From: a virus
DNA: 64,000 nucleotides
Reading direction: 5' to 3' (one strand)
IMG/VR virus record: IMGVR_UViG_3300044730_002015
Coordinates: 64,001-128,000 of that record
Shown: positions 39,001 through 47,822 of the stretch, one piece after another
How positions within the stretch are numbered: position 1 is the stretch's first letter
How the letters are laid out: each line of letters begins with the position of its first letter
The notes under the pieces: model-generated
What the model saw: the letters and a program-made list of their open reading frames with translations, nothing else
What the model was told of the DNA's origin: nothing
Database searches by the model: none
Position numbers and translations under genes: made by a program

Positions 39001-40467
39001 TATACCAACCCAACCCGCGGGCTGTGAAGGATAGTTTACATTGGCAGTGATGGTCACTGCTGGTGCTACACTGCTGGTGGTACGCAGTTGGATGCTGTCA
39101 TTGGCGCCAGTGGCTTCTATGGTCAAGATGCCTGCAGAACCAGTGTTGGCATAGACCAAACCTGCGTGTGTGGCATTGCCGGGGCCAAAGCCCATAAAGT
39201 TATTGGCCACTACATCATAGTTGGACTGTATGTTACCTGTGGTGGTAACCACCAGACGATTGGCTGAACTGGCAGTGGCTGGAGTGTTGCTGTAACCAAT
39301 GACAAAGTCACCAGATACTGCGCGATTGTAAATGTCCCAGCTGGCATTGCCTGCGGTAATGGCATTGACTATCTGCAGTCCCACTGGACCTGAGTTGGTG
39401 CTGTCGGTGTTGCGTATCTTCAGCAGTCGACCTGCCAAGAGACTGCCGTTGGCCTGGCTGGATGTGATGTCAACCAGGTTGCCATTCACAGTGGCTATGT
39501 TCGAAGTGGTAGAGCGCAGTGTGGTTATGCGAGCATTGGCTATGTTGACCGCGGCCACTTCGCTTTCAAATCTCACGTCTGTGTCAGGACCAAAGGTCAC
39601 ACGTCCCGGTGCTAGGTTACTGGCCACTGGTGCGGCGCTGGCACTGATAAACAGACCCGGAGTCCATACTCCCGGATACACACTCAGCACAGTCTGCTGT
39701 ATGTTGCTGCCTAGACCTATGTCATGGAATCGGATGTTGGGAGTGTTGGCCAAGGTCAGGGCATTGGTATTGCCCCAGGTAATGCCGCTGCCATCCAGCA
39801 AAGGCAAACTATTTGTGGTGTTGGCCAGACTCAATACAAATGCGCCCAGTTCTATGATGGCAGCATTGGCTTCGTTGATGTACTGGAATACTGTGAGATT
39901 ACCACGTATGACTGCGTCACCGTTGGATATAAATGTGCCTGTGCTGAGCTGACCAATGACATTGGCGCTGTTGGCCACTGTTAGATCGCCACTGATTAAG
40001 GCATCTTCCAGAGTCTGTAGATTGGTAACTCCCAGCGTGGCATTACCTTCGGTATAGACAAAAGTGCCCGTGGTGCCAAATCTATCGTTGCGATTGTATT
40101 GTACCGCTCCTTCGGGTCCGGTAGCTCCGTTGCTCCAGTAAACATTACCAAAAGCATCGGCTGAACGTAAAAATTGCCCTGCCAAAGCACCACCGATGTG
40201 GATATTTCCACCGGTGGGTAACAGTGTTGTTCCGGCAGCGCCGAGATCTAGATATGCGTTGCTGACCTTTAAACGAAAATCCTGCCCCGACGGAGCCGAT
40301 ATATTGCTGCCATTAAAACTTAAATTGGTATAGGCCAGCCCGGTATTGCCTAGCACTGCCCAGTTGATGTTTTGTGCTGTGAAACTATCGCGAAAACTAT
40401 CGCCAGTTCCGTCGTTGGGATTGGCGCCTACGTTTACTTGATAAAATCCGTTTGCTAGATTTGCCAT
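36094..40467 (-). CDS. Tail fibre with gp9/gp10-like anchor motif and YadA-head-like C-terminal repeats (1457 aa)
   Basis: N-terminal VNVGANPNDGTGDSFRDSF; internal VGIGTxxP repeats; C-terminal 16-aa (Q)GxxAIAIGxxAG repeats. Confidence 0.82.
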   Translation of the reverse strand: MANLANGFYQVNVGANPNDGTGDSFRDSFTAQNINWAVLGNTGLAYTNLSFNGSNISAPSGQDFRLKVSNAYLDLGAAGTTLLPTGGNIHIGGALAGQFLRSADAFGNVYWSNGATGPEGAVQYNRNDRFGTTGTFVYTEGNATLGVTNLQTLEDALISGDLTVANSANVIGQLSTGTFISNGDAVIRGNLTVFQYINEANAAIIELGAFVLSLANTTNSLPLLDGSGITWGNTNALTLANTPNIRFHDIGLGSNIQQTVLSVYPGVWTPGLFISASAAPVASNLAPGRVTFGPDTDVRFESEVAAVNIANARITTLRSTTSNIATVNGNLVDITSSQANGSLLAGRLLKIRNTDSTNSGPVGLQIVNAITAGNASWDIYNRAVSGDFVIGYSNTPATASSANRLVVTTTGNIQSNYDVVANNFMGFGPGNATHAGLVYANTGSAGILTIEATGANDSIQLRTTSSVAPAVTITANVNYPSQPAGWVGIGTQTPVSITHINSIGANRLAQGLTLSRQAGPNTGSYTLGIGDSNNTFFLANSSTGTTAIFVDGSRNIGLSTESPVARLDAVGQAQFRTTGTGPNATQGNSQALRLLANSSLDHVDLQFVNQSNANVWALRYTSDTGFAGENQNFWIYQNLNTANIKHLVLKYNQPHVGINVLDPLANLHVGTNGSSTVANVKIQSGNGLQLDLTAYPNYAAVGLGGAASAFPLVLTTSGANAVTVNPNATVNITGNLYLGNSTDIGNLSDTDVYYYGNGRYLAGIVATGGNGSGVTIPSVHFSVSSNGSNQTFSNGYLEYYNSQSNAMSVYVNGAYQYLGNYSISGSNLTIDTYLVTGDTVDVGPSVGNIVDITSLYSNSNVASYLASNANIQIITQGNITGQYFLGNGSLLTGITASGMLTVSNTAPVSPSQGDVWIQGNTGTQFVYFTSSGNSQWAEMEAAVSIDNSTTTYANSGYGNSNVAAYLASGTITGNIITTGNVSAGYVLGNGAFLTGISGGAGTYGNANVKSYLSVFDGNIIANANATYDLGNSAVTFRNIYGNIIIPAGAAGNATKIQPSSIDTGISIVDAVSGAPVGVIAGNIYGNVLEGNTLLIYGNANVNGTLSITNLDVANGNITSNSLNLTSGATIGYSAPFVTFTDSADPNVFLDIDVANIQASGNIDLQGDIVADGNITANYFFGNGSYLTGISASVSGLTIGSTYLALGTNANANTVIGGIGIGTNAGNTGQQTYGLAIGYGAGQINQGQGGVAVGSYAGGNIQGSQSTAVGYAAGKNNQGYWGVAVGRNAGEEYQGAGAIAVGGGTATYNQGQSAIAIGEGAGLTAQAQYAIAIGYQAAGNNTSVAAQSQYAIAVGYRAGQNKQNQGAIGIGYQAAQHNQGLYSIAIGYAAGDGTGNIGQPNNSIVLNASGSNLQPNVANSLFISSIRNDSSANVLSNTNIKMLFYNTVTKEIVWGNIA

Positions 40468-40488
40468 GAATTTCTCTACGTTTTAGTT

Positions 40489-40494
40489 TATTTA
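40489..40494 (-). promoter_or_regulatory. T4-like late promoter box GCTAAATA
   Basis: Intergenic, before ATG 40467. Confidence 0.65.
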
Positions 40495-40512
40495 GCACCC
40501 TTGGTGCTGGCA

Positions 40513-42906
40513 CTATTCCAGATCAATGTCGCCTTGACCCGTGGTATAATTTATAAAATCCAAGTTTCCTGCAGCAATTGGCACAGCATCTAGGTAGGCC
40601 ACATAGTTGCCACCACCTTGTAAACTGGTGTAATTTTCGTAATTGGGCAATGTGCTGTTGTTTTGCGTGGCAGATCCAACCATGGTCAGTTTATTTTGCT
40701 GTGCCGATGCCAGTAATCTAGAACGAGCAGTGCTTTGTGTCAATCCCGGATCAACCTGGGCCAAAAGACAGCAGATACCTGCTATCTGTGGACTGGCCAT
40801 GGAAGTACCGCTGAGTTTGTTTAAAAAGTAAGCATAACTGGTGGCCACAGATCTTGGATCTAACACACTGCCTTGATAATTTCTATAAGCTCCCATGATA
40901 GCACCGCCAGCGGCATAGATATCAACCCTGGGGCCTGTATGACTAAATCCTGCTTTGGTTTCTTGTATGGCAAAAAAATCGTTGGCAGCACGAAAAGCAA
41001 CATCAATGGCTCCCACACTGATCACACTGTTACCGGAGGTGGTATTGCCCGTGGCTGATGGTGTGGCACCACGCATATAAGCATTGGTAAATCCATCAGC
41101 GGTATCCACGGTGTTGTTAAAATCTGTACCACCGGTCACATCTGTTTTATAGCTGTAATTGCCTGCCGATGACACAATCACAGCGCCGGCGTTGGTGGCA
41201 TCCATGACATCACTGTCAACAGCGGAGTTTCGCGAAGGATAAGTGGTGTTGACCAATCCATATTGGGGGACTCTTACCGCACCAGTTCCTGTATTGACTG
41301 CTGCACTGTTTATGCCACGGTAATTTAATCTTGTGACTCGTGTGCTGGAGGATTGAGCATGATAGTAATTGAAACTAAGGTTACATACCGTGGCACGACC
41401 ATTGGCTTTGGTAGTATGGAACAAGCGTATCAACTGTGCAAATTTTTCAAAAGGTATAGCACCCAGTGTTGAGCCCGTGGTGATATCTATACCAGACCAA
41501 AGTCTAATGGAATATATGTCAGCAGACTTGGCCCAGCCCTGGCTTTTGCCAGCAGCTATACTGGCACAATGACTGCCGTGTCCGCCGCTGCCCGATGCCG
41601 GATCAGGATTCATGGCATCGCCGAGATATCCCCCAATGCTGACGCTAGTGGGAACACCGGATACGCCCAAGGATGCCCAATCCATGGCCTGTACACGAGT
41701 GGCCGCTCCTGTGGCCATATAACTGCCCTGCGCGGCATAAAATGTATTGGCCACGCCGGTATTGGCAGTGGACCAGTTGACAGCGTCTGAACTGACTACC
41801 GCTGCGCCATTTTGCCCCAGGGCCAGACATTGACTGCCTACCGTGGTCACACAAAATAGATCAGCCACTGTGGCGCTGGTTCTCACAGTCCAGGTACTGC
41901 CATTGTTGGTGCTGGTCAAGATACAACCACCGCGACCTACTGCTATCAGGGTCGAACCAATGACGGTTATGTCATGCAAGCCACAGGTCACACCAGAAGT
42001 TTGTCTGGTCCAGGAAGTACCATCATTGGTGCTGACTATGATAGTACCATTATCGCCAACAGCAAAAAATCTACTGTTAATATAACGCACACGATTTAGA
42101 TTATAATTCAAAGGAATATCAAATGCAGTGGTGATCTGCTGCCAGGTGGAACCATTGAATCTCAGGATCAGTGCTGTGGGCGCAATGATATTATTATAAT
42201 TAAATCTGCGAAAACTATATCCTGGTGTGCCCACTGCTACCAAAGCGGTGCTGCTGGCCGCTGCACCGCGCAATTGTTTAACAGCATAATTGTTATCTGT
42301 ACCATAAGGCGTGACATCACTCCAGACCTGGCCAGTGGTGCTGGTTAAAACTTTTACGCCGGGACCGCGGGGCACAGGTGCTTGCGAAGTGTCACTGCTG
42401 TAAAATCCACCCACTGCATACAGGCGATTTTGAAACACAGTGACGTCAGACAGCATATAATCTTTGGCATTTTGTATCATGAGATTATTAAATCTTATTT
42501 CTCCATGATCACCCACTGTCACTGTGTTATTATTGTATCTAATGATGCCGCGGAAACTGTTGAGAGTAGACACAGCGGATTCAGCAAAGGCAGCGCCATC
42601 GTAAGTGACCAGGCTGCTGTCGCTGTTTTTTATAAATTCTGGATGATAAGCGTCTACACCAGTGTCGGCGATTAAAAAATCCACGCCTGTGCCATCCAAT
42701 TGATAGCTGTATTCACCGGGTATGACAAATCCCGAGTTGGGCTGTTGTGGCCAAGGCCAGGGATTATCTTTAAGTATGTGGCGAAGCAGTCCCCAATTGA
42801 TGTCAGTGGCAGTGACATTCTGATTTTGCCGATCAAAATTATCAGTTTGTTCAACAGATTGAGGATCAGGACGACTGAATAATCCTGGTTGTGAATTAGT
42901 GGTCAT
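40513..42906 (-). CDS. Subtilisin-family (S8) serine protease with inserted BNR/Ycf48-like beta-propeller
   Basis: Catalytic motifs IADTGVD, HGSHCASIAAG, SAGN, GTSMASP; AVGDNGTI..STNDGTSW repeats between the Asp and His motifs; ATG 42906 in ATGA overlap. Confidence 0.88.
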   Translation of the reverse strand: MTTNSQPGLFSRPDPQSVEQTDNFDRQNQNVTATDINWGLLRHILKDNPWPWPQQPNSGFVIPGEYSYQLDGTGVDFLIADTGVDAYHPEFIKNSDSSLVTYDGAAFAESAVSTLNSFRGIIRYNNNTVTVGDHGEIRFNNLMIQNAKDYMLSDVTVFQNRLYAVGGFYSSDTSQAPVPRGPGVKVLTSTTGQVWSDVTPYGTDNNYAVKQLRGAAASSTALVAVGTPGYSFRRFNYNNIIAPTALILRFNGSTWQQITTAFDIPLNYNLNRVRYINSRFFAVGDNGTIIVSTNDGTSWTRQTSGVTCGLHDITVIGSTLIAVGRGGCILTSTNNGSTWTVRTSATVADLFCVTTVGSQCLALGQNGAAVVSSDAVNWSTANTGVANTFYAAQGSYMATGAATRVQAMDWASLGVSGVPTSVSIGGYLGDAMNPDPASGSGGHGSHCASIAAGKSQGWAKSADIYSIRLWSGIDITTGSTLGAIPFEKFAQLIRLFHTTKANGRATVCNLSFNYYHAQSSSTRVTRLNYRGINSAAVNTGTGAVRVPQYGLVNTTYPSRNSAVDSDVMDATNAGAVIVSSAGNYSYKTDVTGGTDFNNTVDTADGFTNAYMRGATPSATGNTTSGNSVISVGAIDVAFRAANDFFAIQETKAGFSHTGPRVDIYAAGGAIMGAYRNYQGSVLDPRSVATSYAYFLNKLSGTSMASPQIAGICCLLAQVDPGLTQSTARSRLLASAQQNKLTMVGSATQNNSTLPNYENYTSLQGGGNYVAYLDAVPIAAGNLDFINYTTGQGDIDLE

Positions 42907-43121
42907 TGGTGAAAAGGCGGTATTTCTATAATCAGTCCCGGCCAATCACTGGGGTGTGGCTGTACATCTGCTACTCTGGGATCTTTCAGCAGCTGATCTA
43001 CATCGGCCGTGGACACCAATATATTGGTAAGACTGCCAGGCTCTGTGTCAATGATACTGGGCAGTGTCATTAATAATTCTTGCTTGTCCTCTGGACTGCG
43101 GGCCGTGACATAATAACGCAT
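42903..43121 (-). CDS. Subtilase propeptide (I9-like) protein encoded as a separate ORF (72 aa)
   Basis: YYVT...QLLKDPRVADVQP matches the subtilisin propeptide pattern; TAATG and ATGA overlaps on both sides. Confidence 0.65.
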   Translation of the reverse strand: MRYYVTARSPEDKQELLMTLPSIIDTEPGSLTNILVSTADVDQLLKDPRVADVQPHPSDWPGLIIEIPPFHQ

Positions 43122-45709
43122 TATACCGCCGTGCCATCAAAATATCTCCAGCTGCTGCCATTGTAATACGCTGGACGATTGGTAGAGCTGATGTAAATTA
43201 TCGCGCCGGCAGCAGCAGTTGGCAGTGCGCCAGTGGTATAAGATGCTAATTTTACCGGAGCGTTGGCTGTGATTTGATTTAAAGATCTGAGATTTAAATT
43301 GCCTACAGCAGTGATATTTAAATTGCCGCCGCCGGGTGCCGCACCTGTGCTGATGAAATTGTTGGCGGTAACTGTGCCCGTGAACGATGCTGCCACGCCT
43401 GTGATATTGGCATTGGCAGTGATGGTGCTGGCATACACAGCGCCGTAGTGTGCGCCTACCAAGGTGCCATTGATGCCACCTGACGCTGTGACAGTGGTGG
43501 CAGAAATCGTGGGCACAGACAGTGTGTTGCTGCTGCGATTGTAAGTGAAGTTGTTAGACGAACCCAATATTCCTGAATTGTTGTACTGGATCTGTGTATT
43601 GGATCCAGATGCTCCGCTGCCACCGCCTCCGCTGATGTTGGCCAATATGCTCTGACCATTGGCATATACAAACACGTCAGATACAAATCTGGCTGCTGTG
43701 ACATTGCCTGTGGCAGTGAGTTGCCCGCTGGTGTAGGTCAGGCCAGTGGCCGCGGCAAGATTGCTGCCGTCGGTGATCTGCAGTGTGTTGGCTGTGCCCT
43801 GCGCGGTACTGTAACGCAGTCCTGATCCTGTTCTCACAGCGCCTGTGATGGTGACATTGCCGGCAGTGATGTTGCCTGTGTAGGTGGGCAGATAAGCAGC
43901 CACGTTGGCGTTGCTGTAGTTGATGTTGGTTAGATTTGAACCATCGCCAATGAAATAAGCAGCCGAAACTGTGCCAGTGACATTGGCCTGTGCAGCGCCC
44001 ACGTTGCCGGCTGTTCTCAGTCCACCAGTGGCCGAAATCAAGTTGCTGGTAGACACAGGTACTACCAAACTGTTTAGTATGGTTGGCACATAGCCCTGTA
44101 CATCAATATTGCTGTAAGTGGCATTGACGGTAACTGTGCCCAGGCCCGTGGGCGGCGATATGGTCACTCCGGTTCCGGCCAAGATCTGATTGACATTGCC
44201 ACCTTGTATGGTGATGTTGCTGCCACCGCCGGTAAAGGGTGTGCCGTTGGCATAGTAATAATTGTCAGTGTGTATGCTGGTGGTGCGCACAGTACCGGTC
44301 ACAGTCAAAGTGTCAGTGACGTTGCTGCGATAGCTGAATACTGTGCCGCTGGCGATCACATTGCCAGCAGCGATATTGCCTGTGTAAGTGGGCAAATAAG
44401 CAGCCACATTGGCATTGGCATACTGCGTGGGCAGGCCTGTGAGTTGGCTGCCATTGCCCAGCACATATCCAGCTGACACATTGCCCGACACTGTGACATT
44501 GCCGGCTGCAACATTACCGGTGTAGACCAGCAAATAAGCAGCCACATTGGCATTGCCGTAGTTGTTGTTTAGGCCAGTTAAAAATGCTCCGTTGCCCAGC
44601 AAATAACTGCCGGCGATATTGGCCGTGGTGGTGACATTGCTGGTCAAGCCAGTGAGATAATTGGCTACGTTGGCATTGCTGTAGTTGATGGTCACACCAG
44701 TGAGCAATGCTCCGTTGCCCAGGAAATACAGCGCCTGCACATTGCTGGTATTGTTGGGCAATACCACGCCAAATCTTGCATCTACGTTGGCATCACCGTA
44801 GTTGCTGGTCAGCGTGACCATGCCTTGCCCGGTGCTGGGCGTGACCACGATCTGGCTGTTGCCCGAAGTGATTTGTGTAACACCTATGTTGGCAGTGACA
44901 TTGCCATTGCCGCCAAAATTGATCAGATTACCATTTTGATCATAATATGCCGCGGCTCTGATGCCTTGTGTGACGATACTGGTGGCAGTCAATGCTGTGT
45001 TGGCCAGGATATAGTTAAATTGCGCACTGGCTCCTGTTATAAGATTCACGCCTTTGATGGTATTGACTGTGAGATTATTGACGTTTTGTATGCTGGTGGG
45101 ATTCAATGTGCCAGAATATGTAGGCAGATAATTGGCCACATTTTGATTATTGTAACTGCTGACAATGCTGGTGCCATTGGGATATAGATAATTGGCAGCG
45201 GTAACAGTGGTGGCAGTCACTGCCGGCACAGTCATAAGACCAGTGCCGGGATTGTAGGTCAGGCTGGCATTGGCTGACAGCGCGGTATTGATATTGTATT
45301 GTATCTGATAGTTGCCGCCCGCGGCCTGCACCGCGGCACTGGCATAGGTCCAGTACAGTTGTCCGTTGCCACGTGTGGCTAAAAACTGGCCATTTAATCC
45401 GCCTTGTATGCTCACATAGGCATTGCTGGGCAATATCACGCGGCCCGTGCCCCTGGGAGCTATCTGTATGTTGCCATTGGTTCTGCTGGTGCTGCTGATA
45501 AGACTGGTGTTGTTGCTGGCACTCCAGGTCATGGCCAGATTTGAATCTGTGTTGGCTGTTCTACTGGTTATGACCAGCGCTGTGCCGTTGATGGGGCCTA
45601 CATTGGCCAGTTTACGGAAATTGTCGTTGACTTTTTGCAGTGCGGTGCGTAATGGATCACCGTCGCTGGCATTGGCTCGTGTTCCTACATTGATCAGTTG
45701 GAATGGCAT
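43121..45709 (-). CDS. Tail fibre with gp9/gp10-like N-terminal anchor (862 aa)
   Basis: INVGTRANASDGDPLRTALQKVNDNF; fibre repeats; C-terminal AGAIIYISSTNRPAYYNGSSW. Confidence 0.85.
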   Translation of the reverse strand: MPFQLINVGTRANASDGDPLRTALQKVNDNFRKLANVGPINGTALVITSRTANTDSNLAMTWSASNNTSLISSTSRTNGNIQIAPRGTGRVILPSNAYVSIQGGLNGQFLATRGNGQLYWTYASAAVQAAGGNYQIQYNINTALSANASLTYNPGTGLMTVPAVTATTVTAANYLYPNGTSIVSSYNNQNVANYLPTYSGTLNPTSIQNVNNLTVNTIKGVNLITGASAQFNYILANTALTATSIVTQGIRAAAYYDQNGNLINFGGNGNVTANIGVTQITSGNSQIVVTPSTGQGMVTLTSNYGDANVDARFGVVLPNNTSNVQALYFLGNGALLTGVTINYSNANVANYLTGLTSNVTTTANIAGSYLLGNGAFLTGLNNNYGNANVAAYLLVYTGNVAAGNVTVSGNVSAGYVLGNGSQLTGLPTQYANANVAAYLPTYTGNIAAGNVIASGTVFSYRSNVTDTLTVTGTVRTTSIHTDNYYYANGTPFTGGGSNITIQGGNVNQILAGTGVTISPPTGLGTVTVNATYSNIDVQGYVPTILNSLVVPVSTSNLISATGGLRTAGNVGAAQANVTGTVSAAYFIGDGSNLTNINYSNANVAAYLPTYTGNITAGNVTITGAVRTGSGLRYSTAQGTANTLQITDGSNLAAATGLTYTSGQLTATGNVTAARFVSDVFVYANGQSILANISGGGGSGASGSNTQIQYNNSGILGSSNNFTYNRSSNTLSVPTISATTVTASGGINGTLVGAHYGAVYASTITANANITGVAASFTGTVTANNFISTGAAPGGGNLNITAVGNLNLRSLNQITANAPVKLASYTTGALPTAAAGAIIYISSTNRPAYYNGSSWRYFDGTAV

Positions 45710-45736
45710 ACTCTAAAGAATCCTTTAGAGTATTTA
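45708..45736 (-). promoter_or_regulatory. Late promoter (45731-45736) overlapping an 11-bp hairpin that covers the SD and start codon
   Basis: Minus strand GCTAA-ATACTCTAAAG-GATT-CTTTAGAGTAT-G. Confidence 0.75.
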
Positions 45737-45749
45737 GCGGTTTTGGATT

Positions 45750-46061
45750 TTACACGCTAAAGGAACTGCCGCAGCCACAGGTGGTAGTGGCGTTGGGATT
45801 GATGATTTTGAATTCTGCACCCAACACAGATTCTGCATAGTCAATGGTGGCGCCCTGTAGATATTGCATACTCATTGAGTCTACCAACACACCATCTATG
45901 TTGTAGTCGTCCTCGGCTGTGTCTGCGTCAAAGGTAAATCCATACTGGAAGCCAGAGCAGCCGCCACCTTGCACAAAAGCACGTACCCGCAGTTTGTCAT
46001 CATTTTCTTCAGCCAGCAATTGTGTGATTTTGTTTCGGGCAGATTCCGTGATATTAATCAT
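45750..46061 (-). CDS. erpA: A-type Fe-S cluster carrier (ErpA/IscA/HesB family)
   Basis: [13 protein letters not shown] and [14 protein letters not shown] motifs; start MINITES at 46061. Confidence 0.92.
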   Translation of the reverse strand: MINITESARNKITQLLAEENDDKLRVRAFVQGGGCSGFQYGFTFDADTAEDDYNIDGVLVDSMSMQYLQGATIDYAESVLGAEFKIINPNATTTCGCGSSFSV

Positions 46062-46617
46062 TTTGGTAGGCCTGTCCCCAGCGGGCATTGATCACATTCC
46101 AGTCAAATATTTTCCATATATTTGCGAGATATTGTTTTTTATCGCTTTGATAATCCAAGGCCCAGGCGTGTTCCCACCAGTCCACCAAGATTAAAATATC
46201 ATCGCGCACCTGGTGATTGGGTATGATTTTTATATCCCCAGATCTGGCCAGATAAACCCAGCCCGATCCCTGCACAGTCATGGCCTGTTTTTGGAATTGT
46301 TGTTTGAACTCCTCCCAGGATCCAAATTTAGCGTTGATCATGCTGCCAATGGGACCGTTGGGGCGATTGTTGTTGCGCGATTTTCTAAACTGTGGGAAAA
46401 ATAAATTGTGTAAAAAAGCACCAGCGTAGTTGAATTCCCTATCGCCTTCATCTTTATTGAATCGATCAGCATAGCCGTGGGCCAATTTGCCATAGTGATA
46501 TTCCATGGTCCGGGCACTCATAACGGGATTCAAATCCGAATCTGTGTAGGACAGTTCTACAATACCTATGTCCTGTGGTCGGCTTTTTTCTTCTAGTAAG
46601 GTGATTATTTCACGCAT
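46054..46617 (-). CDS. Fe/Mn superoxide dismutase (short form)
   Basis: EYHYGK, LHNLFF, GSGWVYL and DWWEHAW metal-ligand motifs. Confidence 0.9.
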   Translation of the reverse strand: MREIITLLEEKSRPQDIGIVELSYTDSDLNPVMSARTMEYHYGKLAHGYADRFNKDEGDREFNYAGAFLHNLFFPQFRKSRNNNRPNGPIGSMINAKFGSWEEFKQQFQKQAMTVQGSGWVYLARSGDIKIIPNHQVRDDILILVDWWEHAWALDYQSDKKQYLANIWKIFDWNVINARWGQAYQND

Positions 46618-46622
46618 GACTC

Positions 46623-46628
46623 TATTTA
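46623..46628 (-). promoter_or_regulatory. Late box TAAATA 5 nt before the SOD ATG (leaderless geometry)
   Basis: TAAATA-GAGTC-ATG. Confidence 0.6.
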
Positions 46629-46629
46629 T

Positions 46630-46845
46630 TTAAAGTCTGCGTGTGACTCTGCCCTTGGTTAAATCGTAGGGTGAAAATTCCACTTCCACGCGATCGCCTG
46701 CCAGCACCTTGATGTTGTACTGGCGCATTTTTCCTGAAATATGTGCTGTGATTTCCGCGCCCTGGTCCAGGCGCACACGGAACATGGCATTGCGTAATAC
46801 TTCGGTGACTTGCCCTTCTAGTGTAAGCGAGTCTTCTTTACTCAT
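46630..46845 (-). CDS. infA: Translation initiation factor IF-1
   Basis: [22 protein letters not shown]...[31 protein letters not shown]. Confidence 0.95.
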   Translation of the reverse strand: MSKEDSLTLEGQVTEVLRNAMFRVRLDQGAEITAHISGKMRQYNIKVLAGDRVEVEFSPYDLTKGRVTRRL

Positions 46846-46850
46846 AAAAA

Positions 46851-46964
46851 TTAATGATTTTCATTGGTTTTATCTAAGATCTCCATGATACTTCTCACCA
46901 CTACGTATATGGCTGGCATTCCCACTGCTGTGGCTACTGCTACTAACAAGAACACGTCATTCAT
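46851..46964 (-). CDS. 37-aa single-TM micro-protein [37 protein letters not shown]
   Basis: AGGAGA SD; TAAATA box at 46990-46995 upstream; not in ORF track. Confidence 0.65.
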   Translation of the reverse strand: MNDVFLLVAVATAVGMPAIYVVVRSIMEILDKTNENH

Positions 46965-46989
46965 GATTGCTCTCCTAGTGTGTGTTACT

Positions 46990-46995
46990 TATTTA
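46990..46995 (-). promoter_or_regulatory. Late promoter box GTAAATA upstream of the micro-ORF/infA/SOD/erpA run
   Basis: Intergenic TAAATA. Confidence 0.5.
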
Positions 46996-47003
46996 CGGTT
47001 TTG

Positions 47004-47822
47004 CTAGACTTCAATTAACTTTGGTTGCCACTGATCAGCACGGGCTTCGTAGCCCACATAGCCACGTGGGTTACACACGATCCTGGTACGCCCAATTTCA
47101 TAGTCAAAATCCTCGTGGGTGTGCCCGTGGGTCCACAGGCAGATTTCTGGACGGTCTAAAATGAATCCGTCCAGGTGAGAACTGTAACAGCCGTTCATGA
47201 GCACTTCGTTTTGATAACGAGCGTGTGTGCTTTGTCTGCTGGGCGAGTGGTGCCCTACCACGATCACACGATCTGAATGCTCTCCCCGGGCTCTGCGATC
47301 GTCAATGGTTTCTTTAATATATTTCAACATGGCTTCATGATCAGCCAGTGCATCCTGGGGCAGGAATCTCCAGGAGCCACCTGCTGCTCCATTGGCAGAA
47401 TGTTTCACACCTTTGAAATCGTGCATCATGCTGCCAGCAGCAGTCAAGGTCAAGGGATCGTTGCCGTTGAAATCAGTCCATAAGGTACCACCAATAAACA
47501 CATAGTCATCGATCTCAACTGACTGCTTGTCCAACACATGGAAGTTGTCATAGTCTGCCACTGCGGCACGGATGATGTCTGTGCTTTTGCAGAAGTCACC
47601 GTGATAGTGTTCGTGATTGCCCAGGATCATGACCACCTGGGGGAACAGGTTGTGGCACCTGTGCAGGAATGCCTGGCTCAACACACCGCGTGGATTCATG
47701 GTTTCTATATCTCTAGCCACCAGGATATCGCCCGACAGGATCAGCACATCTACATCGTGACGATTTTCAAGATCCAGATCACCAAATTCTAGATGGAGAT
47801 CGCTGGTAACATACAATTTCAT
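47004..47822 (-). CDS. Calcineurin-like metallophosphoesterase
   Basis: SDLHLE, GDI, GNHE, HHSP, GHTH motifs. Confidence 0.92.
   Translation of the reverse strand: MKLYVTSDLHLEFGDLDLENRHDVDVLILSGDILVARDIETMNPRGVLSQAFLHRCHNLFPQVVMILGNHEHYHGDFCKSTDIIRAAVADYDNFHVLDKQSVEIDDYVFIGGTLWTDFNGNDPLTLTAAGSMMHDFKGVKHSANGAAGGSWRFLPQDALADHEAMLKYIKETIDDRRARGEHSDRVIVVGHHSPSRQSTHARYQNEVLMNGCYSSHLDGFILDRPEICLWTHGHTHEDFDYEIGRTRIVCNPRGYVGYEARADQWQPKLIEV

Noticed and set aside
40462-40512. Start-occluding hairpin at the 40467 late promoter
   Set aside because: Only a 5-bp TGCCA/TGGCA match plus a small upstream hairpin; too weak to claim
1-45709. Eukaryotic giant-virus origin suggested by the fibre repeats
   Set aside because: SD sequences, coupled operons, sigma70 promoters, bacterial IF-1/ErpA and gp9/gp10-like anchors indicate a bacteriophage
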